Numbered from the stretch's first letter, positions 20,145 through 30,314 are shown. The stretch is DNA of 64,000 nucleotides from an uncultured Nitrospiraceae bacterium (GCA_963727805.1 CAVSHF010000005.1:32001-96000), one strand, 5' to 3'. Numbers and translations: made by a program. The notes: generated by a model not told the origin, from the letters alone.

Positions 20145-20590
20145 AGACTGAAGCTCTTCTCCTGAAAATATAGCCGACACTTGGATCGCCTATCCGCAGC
20201 AGTTGGCAGCAGTTGAAGGTCAGCACGAATGCGTGAGGGCTGAGGGCCATCTACTTGACCCGTTTCCAGACGCTGTAGTTGGTTCCGCCAATGGTTGTGG
20301 TGGGGTTAGTTCTCTTCAGTTCGTCTCCGATGACGGTAATGATCCGCGTCTGATCTTTACCATCCCAGTTGGGGAACGTACACCCGTCGATGTGTAGAAT
20401 TACCGTGTGCTCCTTCTCGCTCGCCACCGCGTACGTGCCGAAAAAGACAAAGGACCCTTGGACAACAGCTTGGTTCTCCTCGACGGTTCCTTTCATGCGG
20501 TTGTTGGCAGCGAATTGCGGGAGGTTCGCTCGCATGATAATGTTTGCGAAGCGGCCATCGGGCGTAAAGATCATGGAGCCTTTCGGATTA

Positions 20591-21695
20591 TTAACTCGGC
20601 AACTAAACAGGTCAATAGAATGTTAAGATATAAGCATGGAAAAGACCGATGCGCGAAAATTAAGTCAGGATGCACAGTATCAGATTCGGCGACAGGTAGT
20701 GAAGTTACGTCAGCGTGATATGTCATACGCCGAGATAGCCAACGTGGTAGGAGTTGCTTTATCTTATGCCTGTCGAGTCTACAAGCGATATGAGCGTGAG
20801 GGGCTGCAGGGGATATCCAAGGGACAGCGAGGTCGCAGGACAGGGCAGCAGAGGACACTTGGCACAGAGCAAGAGGCGGCAGTTAAGAAGACGATACAGG
20901 ATAGGACGCCCGATCAGCTGAAGATGCCTTTTGCCCTGTGGACCCGTCAGGCGGTACAGGAGCTAATCAAGCGTGAGCACGGCATAACAATGCCAATCCG
21001 GACGGTTGGGGAATATCTTATGCGGTGGGGTTTTACGCCGCAGAAGCCAATCCGTAAGGCATATGAGCAGAGACCAGAGTGCGTTCAGAAGTGGCTTAAG
21101 GAGCAGTATCCCGAGATAACCAAGCGCGCAAAGGATGAAGGCGCTGAAATCAGCTGGTGTGATGAGACCGGACTGCGTAATGACGAAAACAGGGCCAAGG
21201 GGTATGCGCCAAAAGGGAAAACACCTACCATCCGGCTCAATGTGAATCGGACGAGTATGAGTATGGTTTCGGCAATTACGAATCAGGGTAAGGTGCGGTT
21301 CATGATATATAAAGATGCAATGAATGCAGATCTGATGATCCAATTCATGGAGAGACTGGTTCGGGATGCGGGACGAAAAGTGTTCTTGATAGTGGATAAC
21401 CTGAAAACTCATCACAGCAAGGTCGTCAAGCAATGGCTTCAGGAGCACACAGAGCAGATCGAGGTTTTCTACTTGCCTTCCTACTCACCGGAACTGAACC
21501 CTGACGAATATCTGAACTGTGACCTCAAATACGCTGTGCATTCAGGCTTGCCGGCACGCAACAACAAAGAATTGAAACGGAAGATGGTCTCACATATGAG
21601 AAAACTTCAAAAACTGCCCGGCCGCGTTAGAAAATACTTTGAACATCCGAGGATAAGGTATGCAGCATAGTTTACATATTAAATTGCCGGGTTAA
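20591..21695 (+). mobile_element. IS630-family IS
   Basis: IR TTAACTCGGCAA / TTGCCGGGTTAA; TA duplication. Confidence 0.9.
20636..21670 (+). CDS. IS630 transposase
   Basis: WGFTPQKP, DETG, DNLKTH, LPSYSPELNPDE. Confidence 0.95.
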   Translation: MEKTDARKLSQDAQYQIRRQVVKLRQRDMSYAEIANVVGVALSYACRVYKRYEREGLQGISKGQRGRRTGQQRTLGTEQEAAVKKTIQDRTPDQLKMPFALWTRQAVQELIKREHGITMPIRTVGEYLMRWGFTPQKPIRKAYEQRPECVQKWLKEQYPEITKRAKDEGAEISWCDETGLRNDENRAKGYAPKGKTPTIRLNVNRTSMSMVSAITNQGKVRFMIYKDAMNADLMIQFMERLVRDAGRKVFLIVDNLKTHHSKVVKQWLQEHTEQIEVFYLPSYSPELNPDEYLNCDLKYAVHSGLPARNNKELKRKMVSHMRKLQKLPGRVRKYFEHPRIRYAA

Positions 21696-22185
21696 TAGGA
21701 CCGAACTGATCGATCTTCTTGCCGTTCTGCTCGTTATACATTGAGACGAGAAGCCAGGTTCCCTGGATCTGCTGTGCCAAACTGGGACCCTTGTCCTGGG
21801 CCCAGACATCAGACGCTCTAGACAGCGCCCCACTAGCAAGAACGGCAACAACCAACAAGACCTTTATCGCTTCCTTAATAGACCAGTTCATTGTGTTTCT
21901 CCTTCACTAAGTTCAGCACAGTCCATTACATTACCTTCCTGTTGCATAAAATATTCTTTGATTGCCTGTCCGCAGCAGTTGAAAGCCAGCAAGAATGTGT
22001 GAGGCATCTTAGTTATACTGTCTTTGTTCCATCACACAATTATACTCCTGGATGAGCGTATCATTTCAAGAACGTTACAACATAGCGAGCTTTCTTCCGG
22101 TAACATTTATCCATCTTCTCTGCTAAAATGGTGAGGAGTACAGACGTTTTTTCTAATATACAGTGACCAGTATAAAAGAGGAGGA

Positions 22186-22464
22186 ATGATGGCTAACTAT
22201 AAAATCAAATGTGAAGCTATCGACATCCGCGGTGAATCCGGAATTTGCCCAGGTTCAGCCAAATGCAAAAAGGGGGAAACTTATATCCTGACAGCTCGAA
22301 CACCTGAAACCATAGGAATGTGCGGGCGAGCATTTGCTGCCATACATCCAATGGCATTTGCCATGCGGTGGTCGGAGAAGATGGAGTGGGAGAAGGGTGA
22401 CCACGTTAATGTCATTTGTCCAGACGGTTTCGTGACATACAGACTCTCGAGAATAAAAGAATAG
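22186..22464 (+). CDS. TIGR04076-like small Cys protein
   Basis: G.C......G, MC..AF..I.P, CPDG.V.YRL. Confidence 0.65.
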   Translation: MMANYKIKCEAIDIRGESGICPGSAKCKKGETYILTARTPETIGMCGRAFAAIHPMAFAMRWSEKMEWEKGDHVNVICPDGFVTYRLSRIKE

Positions 22465-22500
22465 GCTGACAATTTGATGGCAAGAAATCGCTGCAAATAA

Positions 22501-22559
22501 CTACTTATAATCGCGAATCTGCCCACCACGTCACAGATGCTTTATTACAACCGGAAGTC
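22501..22559 (+). repeat. 59-bp array site H
   Basis: CTACTTATAAT-N33-TTACAACCGGAAGTC; ATCTG/CAGAT stem. Confidence 0.85.
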
Positions 22560-22639
22560 CTCAGTGATTCAGTTCTCGGAGAGGCAAGGGCAGTGTTGCC
22601 TATCCAATTCAGTGCGGCGCCACATACGGGTTAGCTGGT

Positions 22640-23290
22640 CTATTGCCAAGAGTTTACGGCTGCTTCAGTCTGCTTCAGCATATCTTTCATCAGCTCACGC
22701 AGGCTATCAGCCATAGTCACCTTCATTGCTTGTTCGATGAATGTCACCTGCGATCCAGTATACTCCTTATCCGCGTCTGTGACTCCCTTCTCGAACTTCT
22801 GGTCAAGAAGGACTTTACCTTTCTGTTCGAACGTTACATGTAAGGAACTGATTCCCGCAACACGGATAATCAGAAAGCCGACTGACTGGGAACACAATGC
22901 ATGAATTTCCGTCTTCATAATGACATCATCGGGTCCTGTGGGTGTGGTCGAGACCTCCGAGAATAGGTTCGAGGCCTGAAGCTCTTTTGCCAATCTCTGC
23001 TGGATTATCTGTGAGGCATCCGTCCCCCACAAAGGATCAGTTGAACAGCCCATCCATTTCGTACCAGCCACATGCTCACTATAGTGCAGGGAACGCTGAT
23101 CAACTGGGGTTGATATCAAAAGGACATGAGGATAACTTGTCTTGGCTGTATAACCGGTTGGAGTCTCCGGAAACGATAGGGAGGCGCCAGGGACACGCAA
23201 CGCAGAACGGTTACACCCGCAACCGAAAAATACGATGACTATCAAAAAAGCAGAAAAAAAAGAACCAGCGGATTTTGCCTTTGGCGTCAT
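22640..23290 (-). CDS. Putative lipoprotein
   Basis: Hydrophobic leader ending in FFGC; RBS AGGAG. Confidence 0.7.
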   Translation of the reverse strand: MTPKAKSAGSFFSAFLIVIVFFGCGCNRSALRVPGASLSFPETPTGYTAKTSYPHVLLISTPVDQRSLHYSEHVAGTKWMGCSTDPLWGTDASQIIQQRLAKELQASNLFSEVSTTPTGPDDVIMKTEIHALCSQSVGFLIIRVAGISSLHVTFEQKGKVLLDQKFEKGVTDADKEYTGSQVTFIEQAMKVTMADSLRELMKDMLKQTEAAVNSWQ

Positions 23291-23374
23291 ATTCTCTCCT
23301 TTCTTGATTCTACGGCTTTCCCCAGGTGGTTCAGTTACTATTTTGCTTAACCGTGGGAAATATTATCAATCAGC

Positions 23375-23443
23375 CTACTTATAACTACTTAAAGTCATCG
23401 CCGCAGCGATACGGTTCAAGGCTCAAGATTTCTTCCCGTAATC
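23375..23443 (+). repeat. 59-bp array site I, with a tandemly duplicated left arm
   Basis: CTACTTATAA|CTACTTAAAGT-N33-TTTCTTCCCGTAATC. Confidence 0.8.
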
Positions 23444-23486
23444 AAGAGGTATGCCTTTCCCAGTGAGAATGCGGTATACACCGACT

Positions 23487-25002
23487 CCCATTTAGAGGAC
23501 ACATGTCAAGTAACAAAACATCTGCGTTCGAAGTTTTTTTGACTTCTCTCATTGTTATGAGCTCCGATGATCATTACCATTGCCGTTTTTTCTTTGAGAT
23601 TCGGCTCCAGTATTAACTGTGCCAGACTCCCATCAGGATCAAAGCCACACCCAGAGATCACTCCCCGAAGAGGGCCCCTTCCGCTTCATAGCGGTCCAGA
23701 AAACCTTCGGATCCGTGCCGGGTCCATTTCGAATTTGCTATTCTTATGGTTTTGATTCACCAGTCCTATAGGGCTCCCGGCCCAGCCAGTAAGGATACCG
23801 GTAACTCTTATGTTGCTGGGTGAGACAGTGTTCCAATCTAACCGTTGGTTTAGTTCCAGTCGGTGTACAGGTTAGCTGCTTCACCCAGTTCTTCATGCAA
23901 ATGCTTTATCAGTCATAAACGGAACTCCATCCCTCATAATGTAATACGCCGCCCTCGCCAGTTTATGTGACAGTGCACTGTGCGCAATCGGTGCGTTTGT
24001 CCTCCTCAGCTTCCGGTCATAATAAGCCCTTGCTTCAGAGTCAAAGCGCCGTGATAGCTCTCCTGCCTCGGCAAATGCCCAGGACAGATACTTGTTGCCG
24101 TTCTTCCTGTTATTTGTCCCTTTCTTTTTGTCATTGCTGAATCTAGCGGCGGGGACCTTCCGGCAGTACGACACATAGTTGCCAACATCTGCAAAGCGAT
24201 CAATAGGACCCGTCTCCATCATAATCGTCAACGCCAGGACCCTTCCAACTCCCGGCATAGTTAAAAGAAGATTATATGGCCGCTTGAGATCTATCTTTTT
24301 TTCTACGGCCACTTCTATTGCTGTGATCTGCCTTCTCAGTGAGTCAATCGCATCTTTACTTACCTTACCGACAAGGGATAGATCATCGTCACCTGCCAAT
24401 AGTGGTGTCACCCGATCCTTCTTCAATGCCTTTATATCATTTGTCTTCATCTTTGCACCTATGTTCCTGGCAACGATGTTTTGAAGGCTCAAGATGAGTG
24501 ATGTCCTCAACCTCACCAGATGCCCGCGCTTCCTCAGAAGATCTCTCAGAGGTCTTTGCTCCTTTGGATAAATGAATCCCTCAGGCAGTATCTTTAGTCT
24601 CAGCATCTCGGCAAGCCAGAACGCATCATCTTCGTCATCTCCATGCTTGAGTCCACAATACTGCTGCACTCTGGAGGGATTCGCCAAGTGGACCCGATAG
24701 CCTTCCCCCATCAGAAGATCTACCAACCAGTACCAATTGTATGTCGATTCCACAACAATCCCTTCAACATCCTTCTTCAACGGTCTGAGCGTCTCTAAAA
24801 TCAGACTCGGATCGTTCCGGAGTTTCTTCTTCCATAGCCTTCGCCCATCCTCATCGATGATCCCCACATATGAATTGTTTGAATGAAGATCAAAACCTGT
24901 GTACAGTCTCATACAGCACCTGCTTAAGGTTAAGATTGTTTCTCTTACCTCAAGCATACCGCTAACCGATATGCTCGGGGAGGTCCCCTCTATATGATTA
25001 TC
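23487..25002 (-). mobile_element. IS1111-type IS110 element
   Basis: Imperfect subterminal IRs (ATTTAGAGGACAC / GTCCCCTCTATAT) + GATTATC end; related to 37816-39326. Confidence 0.8.
23893..24912 (-). CDS. IS110-family transposase
   Basis: GFDLH, VESTYNWYW, D..DAF.LA, PGVG, NRKNGN. Confidence 0.93.
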   Translation of the reverse strand: MRLYTGFDLHSNNSYVGIIDEDGRRLWKKKLRNDPSLILETLRPLKKDVEGIVVESTYNWYWLVDLLMGEGYRVHLANPSRVQQYCGLKHGDDEDDAFWLAEMLRLKILPEGFIYPKEQRPLRDLLRKRGHLVRLRTSLILSLQNIVARNIGAKMKTNDIKALKKDRVTPLLAGDDDLSLVGKVSKDAIDSLRRQITAIEVAVEKKIDLKRPYNLLLTMPGVGRVLALTIMMETGPIDRFADVGNYVSYCRKVPAARFSNDKKKGTNNRKNGNKYLSWAFAEAGELSRRFDSEARAYYDRKLRRTNAPIAHSALSHKLARAAYYIMRDGVPFMTDKAFA

Positions 25003-25253
25003 TACTCTACACTGCGGATATTTTGCCACAGTAACAGTTACCGTTTGTAACCCTCGCACCAAGACCACAATTCAAAATGCGGTGTTCATGTCGTAAATCT
25101 CACCGAAGTAGATCAGCAGAGCCAGGTTAACGCCCCCACTTCAAGCAGTCAATAAGCACAATAAACCTGTGATTGCTAACGGTAGTAGGACATTTCCTCG
25201 GGGTCACCGTGGGAATGTTTCACTGTCAATCGCCATTTCTGCTACTATCTACT

Positions 25254-26162
25254 ATGTCACATGCAAACAGTTCCTTAAGAGCGATTATCTATGCCTTGGC
25301 GGCAAATTTAGGAATTGCGGCGGCGAAAGGGCTTGCCGCATGGTATACGGGGTCAAGTGCCATGCTCGCGGAAGCCATTCATTCAGCAGCTGACTCTGCC
25401 AATGAGATTCTCTTGCTGCTTGGCCTCAGAGAGGCGCGGCGGCCGGTCTCCGATGAGCATCCACTGGGGCATGGAAAGGCGATCTATTTCTGGTCAGTCA
25501 TTGTCGCGATCATGCTTTTTAGCATGGGCGGTATCTTCGCAGTGTCCGAAGGCCTGCACAAGCTGCACTATCCAAAGATGCCTCAGTCGCCGTGGGTCGC
25601 GATGGTGGTGCTGGTTGTTTCGATGCTGCTGGAGATCAGTTCTCTGCGTGGGGCCCTTGCAGAGGTTAGGAAGGTACAGGGCAAGCTTTCTTTAACAAAA
25701 TGGTTCAGGGTGAGCAGGCAAAGCGAGCTTATTGTTGTGGTTGGCGAAGACATTGCGGCTCTCGTGGGACTCTCCCTTGCTATGGTAGCTGTTCTCACGA
25801 CGATTTTGACAGCAAACCCACTCTTTGACGCGCTGGGCACTATCGCGATCGGTCTGGTCCTCGTGCTTGTCGCCGTTGCCGTCGGCATAGAAGTGAAGAG
25901 TCTACTGATCGGTGAGAGTGCAGACCCGGAAATGAAGGCCTCTCTACTGGATTTCCTTTCAGGTCGGCCGGAGGTCGACCATGTCTACAATCTCATTACT
26001 CTCCAACTTGGCAGCGAACTCATGATCGCAGTTAAGGTGAGAATGCATGAAGACGCAAGTGCCGCCAGACTGATTGCAGATATCAACAACGTTGAGGCTG
26101 CAATAAAGGAGAGATTTCCCATGGTGCGCTGGATTTTTTTTGAACCTGATGTAACCGATTAG
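25254..26162 (+). CDS. Cation diffusion facilitator transporter
   Basis: GSSAMLAE.IHS.AD, HPLGHGK, ED.AAL, FDA, SLLIGE. Confidence 0.92.
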   Translation: MSHANSSLRAIIYALAANLGIAAAKGLAAWYTGSSAMLAEAIHSAADSANEILLLLGLREARRPVSDEHPLGHGKAIYFWSVIVAIMLFSMGGIFAVSEGLHKLHYPKMPQSPWVAMVVLVVSMLLEISSLRGALAEVRKVQGKLSLTKWFRVSRQSELIVVVGEDIAALVGLSLAMVAVLTTILTANPLFDALGTIAIGLVLVLVAVAVGIEVKSLLIGESADPEMKASLLDFLSGRPEVDHVYNLITLQLGSELMIAVKVRMHEDASAARLIADINNVEAAIKERFPMVRWIFFEPDVTD

Positions 26163-26862
26163 GCCTGCTCAATATCCTAAACTCTCCCCCGGTGAGGCCG
26201 TAATAGTGTCTTGCCTCATGAAGTATGCTTGTGCATATCTTCTTATGCAATTTCTCTTCTTGCCGCCCCCCCACTGCCCGCGAAGATGAACCCAAATGTC
26301 GAACCGCAAACTTGATAAGTAGTAGACGAAGTCTTGCGGGATTAAACCTCGCTGAGACCTGTAGCTTTCACCAACAAGTTTCGATTTTCAAATTTCTTGC
26401 GGTTTGATGATTACCCTTCGTACCCTCCCTCACCGCCGATAATTTGACGAACGGGGGTGCATGTCGTAACCATCGCGGAGGCCATATCACGGTTGCCGAT
26501 GTGGTTCTAATAAAATTTTCAGATTTCCGAGTACCACACATTTGATGATTTGCGGAATCAATCATCGTATCGAATGCTGCGACGAAGTTTACAAGAAAAA
26601 CCTATCGTTTTTCCGAAATGTAGAACTCGATAAAGAAAGCTGTTTGCATGGGAGATATTCGTGTCCATAAAAGAAGTGTTTTATGAACAGTTCCCTTACG
26701 AAAAATATCTTCTTGATTAGGCATTAAAAAAGTAAATCGATATTCTATAGATATGTAAGTAATGCCTTCAATGGCTATTGGCGGTTACAGAACTTTCAAC
26801 TAAAGTTCTGTAACTGATTAATAACTGGTGTGATTACACATAGACAATGAAAGGAGATCAAT

Positions 26863-27582
26863 ATGGCTGGAATACCTGATTCGACTGTAAAGACAATAGT
26901 TCTCGTCCACGGCGGCTTTGTGGATGGCTCCGGTTGAGAAGCAGTCTATAAAATCCTCAGGAAAGACGGCTACACCGTCAGCATAGTTCAGAATCCAACG
27001 ATATCACTCGCGGATGATGTTGCCGTAACCAAGCGCGTTCTAGCGACGCATAGCGGTCCCGTGATTCTCGTTGGCCACTCCTACGGAGGAGCGGTAATCA
27101 CAGAAGCCGGCAACGATCCAAAGGTCGCTGGGCTTGTTTATATCACCGCCTTTGCTTTGGATAACGGTGAGTCGGTATCGTCGCTTATTAAGGACCCGCC
27201 GCCGGGCGCTCCTGTGCCGCCGATACTGCCACCGCAGGACGGCTATCTGTTCCTCGACAAGGAGAAGTTCCCTTCCTCATTCGCTGCCGACGTAGATGCG
27301 GAAAAGGCCGCGTTCATGGCTGACTCTCAAGTTCCATGGAGCGTCGAAGCACTCAGTGGCACGATCAGTGAGGCGGCTTGGAGAACCAAGCCGAGTTGGT
27401 ATTTGGTCGCCACCGAAGACAAGATGATCCCACCGCCGGCCCAGCGTTTTATGTCTAAGCGCGCGGGTTCGACGGTCGTCGAGGTTCCGGGCAGCCACGC
27501 GATCTATATGTCGCAACCAAACGCCGTTGCAATGCTGATTGAAAGTGCCTCTAAAGAAGCGAACAAAAAAGCTGGTTCCTAG
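26863..27582 (+). pseudogene. Alpha/beta hydrolase with a premature TGA
   Basis: VLVHGGFVDGSG*EAV (TGA at 26935-26937 where Trp is expected); GHSYGG, GSH in the same frame. Confidence 0.85.
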
Positions 27583-27870
27583 TATTTAGCAAGTTGATGC
27601 ATGGATTACAAATGCAGTGGAAATTAACCACTTAGAATTGAAGTTCAACGCCTACCAACGTGGAGTTATAATCTCCTCGCAATCAAGAGCGGCACCCTTT
27701 TCTGGAAAATGTGGGCTCCACCGACGAGTCTTGAATTTTACTTTCACCAGGCAGAATGATTTTCAGTTGTACTGTAGCTCACCGACAGAAAATTGACGTT
27801 ACGTATAGCATGTCGAAATCATCGATAGTAAATAATCGCCCACCATAGAGACTTCTACTCCTACACATCA

Positions 27871-29292
27871 AATATGGTATAACCAGAGTATGGACGGTTG
27901 TTAACCGTTCATAAGGGGCAGGAGGACGTGGTTTCCTACAGGGTCAAGAATCCTTTAATAAGTCAGTCCCCTGTCTCCCAAAGCCATGATAAATTGATAG
28001 GGCTACGAGCTCTTGTAAAGATGGAGATATGGTTGGGAGGCATTCCTGCCTAAGGTCCTATGCGGGAGGTGGTTGGAAATGAGCAAAGCATTCGTTGGCA
28101 TCGATGTGTCAAAAGAGCACTCGACTGCCCAAAGCATCGACAGTGACGAAAAGAAGCTTTTTTATTTAAGGTTCTCAATGGACTCAGCGGGGTTCGCAGA
28201 GCTTCGGACTGCTATTAAAGGATGCGGGGTGAACCCGGAGGATATTGTAGTGGCGATGGAGTCCACCGGCTGTTATCATATCAATCTCTTTTCCTTTCTA
28301 TGTGCGGAGGGACTTCGTTGTGCGGTAGTAAATCCGCTTCTGATATCCAAATTTGTTCAGGGATCATTGAGAAAGACCAAGACAGATAAGAAGGATGCGA
28401 TGACCATAGCGCAGTTTCTTCTGAACAATGAGAAGAAGCTGTGCGTGGTAACGTCATCCCAAGATGCGCAGGATCTGAGGGATCTGGCCAGGGAACGAGA
28501 GTCTCAGTCATGGATGATTGCATCACTTAAGAATGACCTCAAACGGCTGCTGCAGAGCACCTTCCCCGAGCTTGAGACACTCCGCAAGAATATTTACACT
28601 GAGACGATGCTGAACTTTGTTCGACAGTATCCATCGGCCAGATTAATCCGGGAGGCAAAGAGGAAAGATATCGACAAAGCACTCATCTGCCCCGGGGAGA
28701 AGCGCAAAAGAGTCCAGATTAGCGCCGACGATCTTATTGAGGCGGCAAAGCGTTCGGTGGGCTCAGCTGCTACAGCGAAGGAGCTTATCGTCTCTGAGAA
28801 GGCAACCACGATCCTGTATCTTCAGGAAAAGTGTGAGAAGATTACCGAGGCATTGGTGGATGCGTGTGAGGCAACACGGATCGAAGATCTTGAGATAATG
28901 AAGACGCTCGACGGGGTGAAAAACATCCTTGGCAGCAGCTTTCTAGCGGAGATGGGAGAGTTGTCCAACTTTAAATCATATAAGAGCTTGATAGCATACA
29001 TGGGGTTCGATCCATCGACTCATCAATCGGGGAAGCATGTGGGGCCAAGCAAAATATCCAAACGAGGGAATCGTCATATGAGGCGCATCACCCATATAAT
29101 GACACTCGGTTCAATAAAATCTGACAATATATTCAGAGAATATTATCTCAGAAGGATAGCCGAAGGATTGCCTAAGATGAAGGCATTAATGGCGACTTCT
29201 CACAAGCTAATAAGAGTGATCTTCTCTATGCTTACACATAGGATGCCGTTTAAAAAGGAGGTGGCTGCTGTATAGTTGACTTATTATCAACA
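27871..29292 (+). mobile_element. IS110-family element with a ~200-bp left non-coding end
   Basis: Boundaries deduced from comparison with site P; CA core at both junctions. Confidence 0.8.
28079..29275 (+). CDS. IS110-family transposase
   Basis: VGIDVSK, MESTG.Y, KTDKKDA, G.DP...QSG, ISKRGN. Confidence 0.95.
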   Translation: MSKAFVGIDVSKEHSTAQSIDSDEKKLFYLRFSMDSAGFAELRTAIKGCGVNPEDIVVAMESTGCYHINLFSFLCAEGLRCAVVNPLLISKFVQGSLRKTKTDKKDAMTIAQFLLNNEKKLCVVTSSQDAQDLRDLARERESQSWMIASLKNDLKRLLQSTFPELETLRKNIYTETMLNFVRQYPSARLIREAKRKDIDKALICPGEKRKRVQISADDLIEAAKRSVGSAATAKELIVSEKATTILYLQEKCEKITEALVDACEATRIEDLEIMKTLDGVKNILGSSFLAEMGELSNFKSYKSLIAYMGFDPSTHQSGKHVGPSKISKRGNRHMRRITHIMTLGSIKSDNIFREYYLRRIAEGLPKMKALMATSHKLIRVIFSMLTHRMPFKKEVAAV

Positions 29293-29444
29293 CCGCAGGG
29301 ATATTGCTTATTAATCAAGGTTTCTTTCGATAATCAAGACAATTACTGTCTGCGTTATTGGATTGATTTCGGGATTTTATGGTATGTGTAACCGATATCC
29401 CGAAATCGGAAAAGCTTCTTGAGATAAGATTCAGCTCCTCACGC

Positions 29445-29774
29445 TTATCGACTTACTTTGGCGGCAACAAGACGATTCAAGCTTACTCCAGTTTCAGCAG
29501 ATTCGATAGCAAGCAATCTGTGTGTTTCGGGTGTAACGCGAACCACAAATTTTCCACTGTAGTGCCGATTTGCGATCGGTTCTGGAATAGGCTCTCCAGT
29601 CTGTTTCATATCATTAACCGCCTCGGCGACAACTTTGCGGATGCCTTTCAGGGCAGCTTCGGGCGTTTCTGCTAACCAACTTAAGCTTGGAAATTCGGCA
29701 CAAAGTCCGACATACTCCTCGTCGTCTGTCGACCAAGTCACCCTATATGTATAATGATCATTCTTCAATTCCAT
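29445..29774 (-). CDS. hicB: HicB-family antitoxin
   Basis: YTYRVTWS..D.EYVGLCAEFPSLSW, YSGKF.VR, GVSLN. Confidence 0.9.
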   Translation of the reverse strand: MELKNDHYTYRVTWSTDDEEYVGLCAEFPSLSWLAETPEAALKGIRKVVAEAVNDMKQTGEPIPEPIANRHYSGKFVVRVTPETHRLLAIESAETGVSLNRLVAAKVSR

Positions 29775-30018
29775 AATTCACCTCCAAGATCTCAATGGCT
29801 TTAATCACCTGTTTTACCTGATAGCTCTTAGCTTTCCCTTTAGCATTTTGAATGTTTATCCGCGGATCTCCCTGCCAAGGCGTTCTATATATTCTATGAC
29901 TGCTTCCTTTTTGCCTAGCAGCGCCAAAGTAGTGGTCACAGACGGTGCATAAGTCAGCGAATCTGACATTGCCAGGATTATTCTTCATCTGTGAAACCAT
30001 TTCAGCAATGTTTGGCAT
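29758..30018 (-). CDS. hicA: HicA-family toxin
   Basis: NP.NVRF.DL, GSSH.IY.TPW.GDPRINIQ, KAK.YQVKQ; overlaps hicB. Confidence 0.88.
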   Translation of the reverse strand: MPNIAEMVSQMKNNPGNVRFADLCTVCDHYFGAARQKGSSHRIYRTPWQGDPRINIQNAKGKAKSYQVKQVIKAIEILEVNYGIEE

Positions 30019-30024
30019 GGTTTA

Positions 30025-30054
30025 ATTATAGTATCAATAATAGTACTATGTCAA
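30025..30054 (-). promoter_or_regulatory. sigma70 promoter of hicAB with an overlapping palindromic operator
   Basis: TTGACA-N18-TATAAT on the - strand; ATAGTACTAT palindrome inside. Confidence 0.7.
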
Positions 30055-30187
30055 TGGCTGTCAATATAAATATCAACATTGCACTTGAAAATCTAAGGTA
30101 TGACGAATCAGCATGATAATCCGACGGCCATTTATTTATTGCGGACGGGCGGATGGATAAACAATGGATGTGCCCAGTTCTCAGTAA

Positions 30188-30244
30188 CTACTTAAAATCA
30201 ATACCTGAGGGCTTCCTGAATGTACTTGTGAGTACGTGGAAATC
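30188..30244 (+). repeat. Array site K (2 bp short)
   Basis: CTACTTAAAAT-N31-GAGTACGTGGAAATC. Confidence 0.6.
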
Positions 30245-30249
30245 ATCGG

Positions 30250-30310
30250 CGGTTCAGTTCGCCCCGAGGCGTGGCAATTTTACACCGATCCACGAAGCGC
30301 TTCGTTATGG
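30250..30310 (-). repeat. Degenerate attC-like site
   Basis: CCATAAC after the stop codon; same family as 4109-4177. Confidence 0.55.
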
Positions 30311-30314
30311 AGCC

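Larger units (their letters stand above)
20251..21891 (-). pseudogene. Secreted lipocalin-like domain protein, split by IS630
   Basis: QGTWLLVS...QFGP|NPKGSMIFTPDGRF...FGTY...FPNWDG; the frame is restored on removing the IS. Confidence 0.85.
27855..29335 (+). repeat. 59-bp array site J, split by IS110
   Basis: CTACTCCTACACATCA | IS | CCGCAGGGATATTG...TTTCTTTCGATAATC; rejoined spacer is 33 nt and near-identical to site P. Confidence 0.82.
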
